Assembly (NCBI GenBank): GCA_963719515.1
Contig: CAVRCJ010000009.1
Coordinates: forward strand, 1 to 26,421
DNA from: an uncultured cyanobacterium
GTDB lineage: Bacteria; Cyanobacteriota; Cyanobacteriia; CAKZMO01
DNA: 26,421 nucleotides
Direction: 5' to 3'
Position numbers and translations under genes: made by a program. Below are positions 24,721 through 26,421 of this stretch, piece after piece. Below the pieces are notes generated by a model. It was not told the DNA's origin. It saw only the letters and a program-made list of their open reading frames with translations, and did no database searches. Position 1 is the stretch's first letter. Each line of letters starts with the position of its first letter.

Positions 24721-26265
24721 CTAGAATTTGAAGCGAGTTCGGATAGCGCCGATGACGGTGGCATCGTTGTCGTTCTCATTGAACGGGTCGGTGTTGATGA
24801 TCACAGCTGGGGTGATATCGATATTATCGCTGAACCGGTAGCGGTAGAAGACCTCAGCTAGGATAGACGTCTCGTCGGGCTGATCTGCTAGGTCACGGGT
24901 GTAGGTGGGAACCCCAATCAGGACGCCCAGCAGGTCACCGTCGTTAATCAGATCGTTAACGGCGATTGTTCCCTGGTAGCTCCAGGCCTCGAAGGCATCG
25001 TTACCGCCTGTGGGGTCGAAATCGCTGTAAGCCATCCCTCCCCCCAGCTCGAAAACGCTGCCGAGCTTGAAGTTGAACTGAGCACCCAAGGTATCAGCTG
25101 CGGTCGCCCCAAATCCATCGAGATCATAGACGCCCTGGTCGAACTCGCTGGCGCTACTGGCATAGGAGTTGGAGTACAGAATGCCCGCGTCGAAGAAGTT
25201 GCTGAGGAAGGTCAGCTGAGCTGATGCCGCGTAGTCCCCGTTGAATAGGCCTGCTTCCGGGTCGGGGCTAGAGGGATCGTCAGCAACGTAGCCGACGTCT
25301 AGGCTGAGGCTAGAGGAGTCATTGTCGAGGATGACGATAGAGGCCCCCAAACCAGCGCCGCTGCCGGGAAAGGCTTGCTCATATTGACGGGGGTCAGCAA
25401 ATTCAGAGATGGCGCCGCTGCCGGAGCTATCGAGCGGGCTGATGGAGTCGCTGTAATCGTTGTCGATATCGAGGCCGCTGGCACCCACGACTATTTCAAC
25501 GCGATCGCCAAACAGCGGGAAGCTGTAGATCAAGTCATCAATCTCGAAGTTACCTTCGCTGTCGCCACCGGCCTGGAAGCCCAGCGGGTCGCCCGAAAAG
25601 TCGATCAGCTCTTCGGCTTCGAGTCGAGTCCTCAACCGGTCTTCACCCGTAAAGCTCGTGTCAAAGTTGAGGCGAGCGCGATAGCCAAAGATAGCCTCAT
25701 CGTCGAACTCGTCGCTGTCTTCGTTAATAGAGAAGGCGGGAACGAAAAGCACCTCACCATTGAGCTTAGTCGTCGTGGAGAACTGGTTGGCCTCTAGCTC
25801 AGCGGTGCGTGCTTCGAGGGAGTCGACGCGACCGCGCAGGGTAGCTAGGTCAGCGGCAAACTGCTGCTGCAGACGGTTGAGCGTAGCGATGTCCTGCTGG
25901 TTGAGCTGAATCTGATCCAGGTTTGCCGTGATGTTGTTGAGGCAGGCGTTGAGACCGGCGGCGAACTCGTAGCGGCTCATCGCGGTGAAGCCCCGGAAGG
26001 TTCCGTCGGGGTAACCGGCGATGCAGCCGTAGCGGGCGATTAGGTTCTGCAGCGCCTGAAAGGCCCAGTCCGTAGGCTGAACGTCAGAGAGCTGAGAAAC
26101 AGAGGTGACCTGAGAAACAGAGTCGTCCCCATAGGCAGAGAGCTCGGAGAGCTCGGAGTTACGGGCGTCCTCGACCACTGCAAGCGCAGCGGGAGAAGCG
26201 ATAAGACCAAAGCCCACAAGGGTAGACAGGAGGGGCAGCGAACGACGGAAAACCCTAACTTTCAT
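24721..26265 (-). CDS. Cyanobacterial SLH-domain outer-membrane porin, paralog
   Basis: Same SLH/coiled-coil motifs, terminal RTRFKF; GTGAGGA before ATG 26265. Confidence 0.93.
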   Translation of the reverse strand: MKVRVFRRSLPLLSTLVGFGLIASPAALAVVEDARNSELSELSAYGDDSVSQVTSVSQLSDVQPTDWAFQALQNLIARYGCIAGYPDGTFRGFTAMSRYEFAAGLNACLNNITANLDQIQLNQQDIATLNRLQQQFAADLATLRGRVDSLEARTAELEANQFSTTTKLNGEVLFVPAFSINEDSDEFDDEAIFGYRARLNFDTSFTGEDRLRTRLEAEELIDFSGDPLGFQAGGDSEGNFEIDDLIYSFPLFGDRVEIVVGASGLDIDNDYSDSISPLDSSGSGAISEFADPRQYEQAFPGSGAGLGASIVILDNDSSSLSLDVGYVADDPSSPDPEAGLFNGDYAASAQLTFLSNFFDAGILYSNSYASSASEFDQGVYDLDGFGATAADTLGAQFNFKLGSVFELGGGMAYSDFDPTGGNDAFEAWSYQGTIAVNDLINDGDLLGVLIGVPTYTRDLADQPDETSILAEVFYRYRFSDNIDITPAVIINTDPFNENDNDATVIGAIRTRFKF

Positions 26266-26421
26266 ATGATCCTCACGCATATTTGGCCTGTACAGCATAG
26301 AGCCGTACAGGCCAAGTTAAAGCGTGAAACTTAAAGAGGTCTGAGACCTGAGCTAAGCTCTATTTAAGGAAAATTCAGCGAAAGGTTATGGCGATCGCGG
26401 CTCGTCTCCAGGAAGCGTTGG

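Overview
Cyanobacterial chromosome segment: the HIP1 octamer GCGATCGC is frequent and the window carries rre1/ycf29, cymR-cysK and SLH porins. The first ~16 kb is accessory-like. It contains a YHYH lipoprotein missed by the ORF track, a GAF-sensor 5' fragment and a NACHT 5' fragment joined at a degenerate IS1 with no target duplication, and a 13 x 21-nt degenerate array. These are followed by a promoter + structured leader + 93-aa ORF + hairpin cassette, pdeM, a CHAT-STAND-TPR protein whose catalytic His appears replaced by Gln, a DUF1400 hydrolase, an intact IS4 and htpX. An IS200/IS605-type element with an intact TnpB, a recognisable omegaRNA fold and a divergent ribbon-helix-helix gene instead of tnpA ends this part. 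The last ~10 kb is mostly housekeeping: DUF554, class I-alpha DAHP synthase, rre1, YdcF-like, J-domain, cysK, cymR and two tandem porins. Best candidates for new biology are the 3494-4445 repeat/leader/small-protein cassette, the RHH-TnpB unit and the pseudo-caspase NLR-like protein. All calls come from reading the sequence by eye; no searches or folding programs were run.
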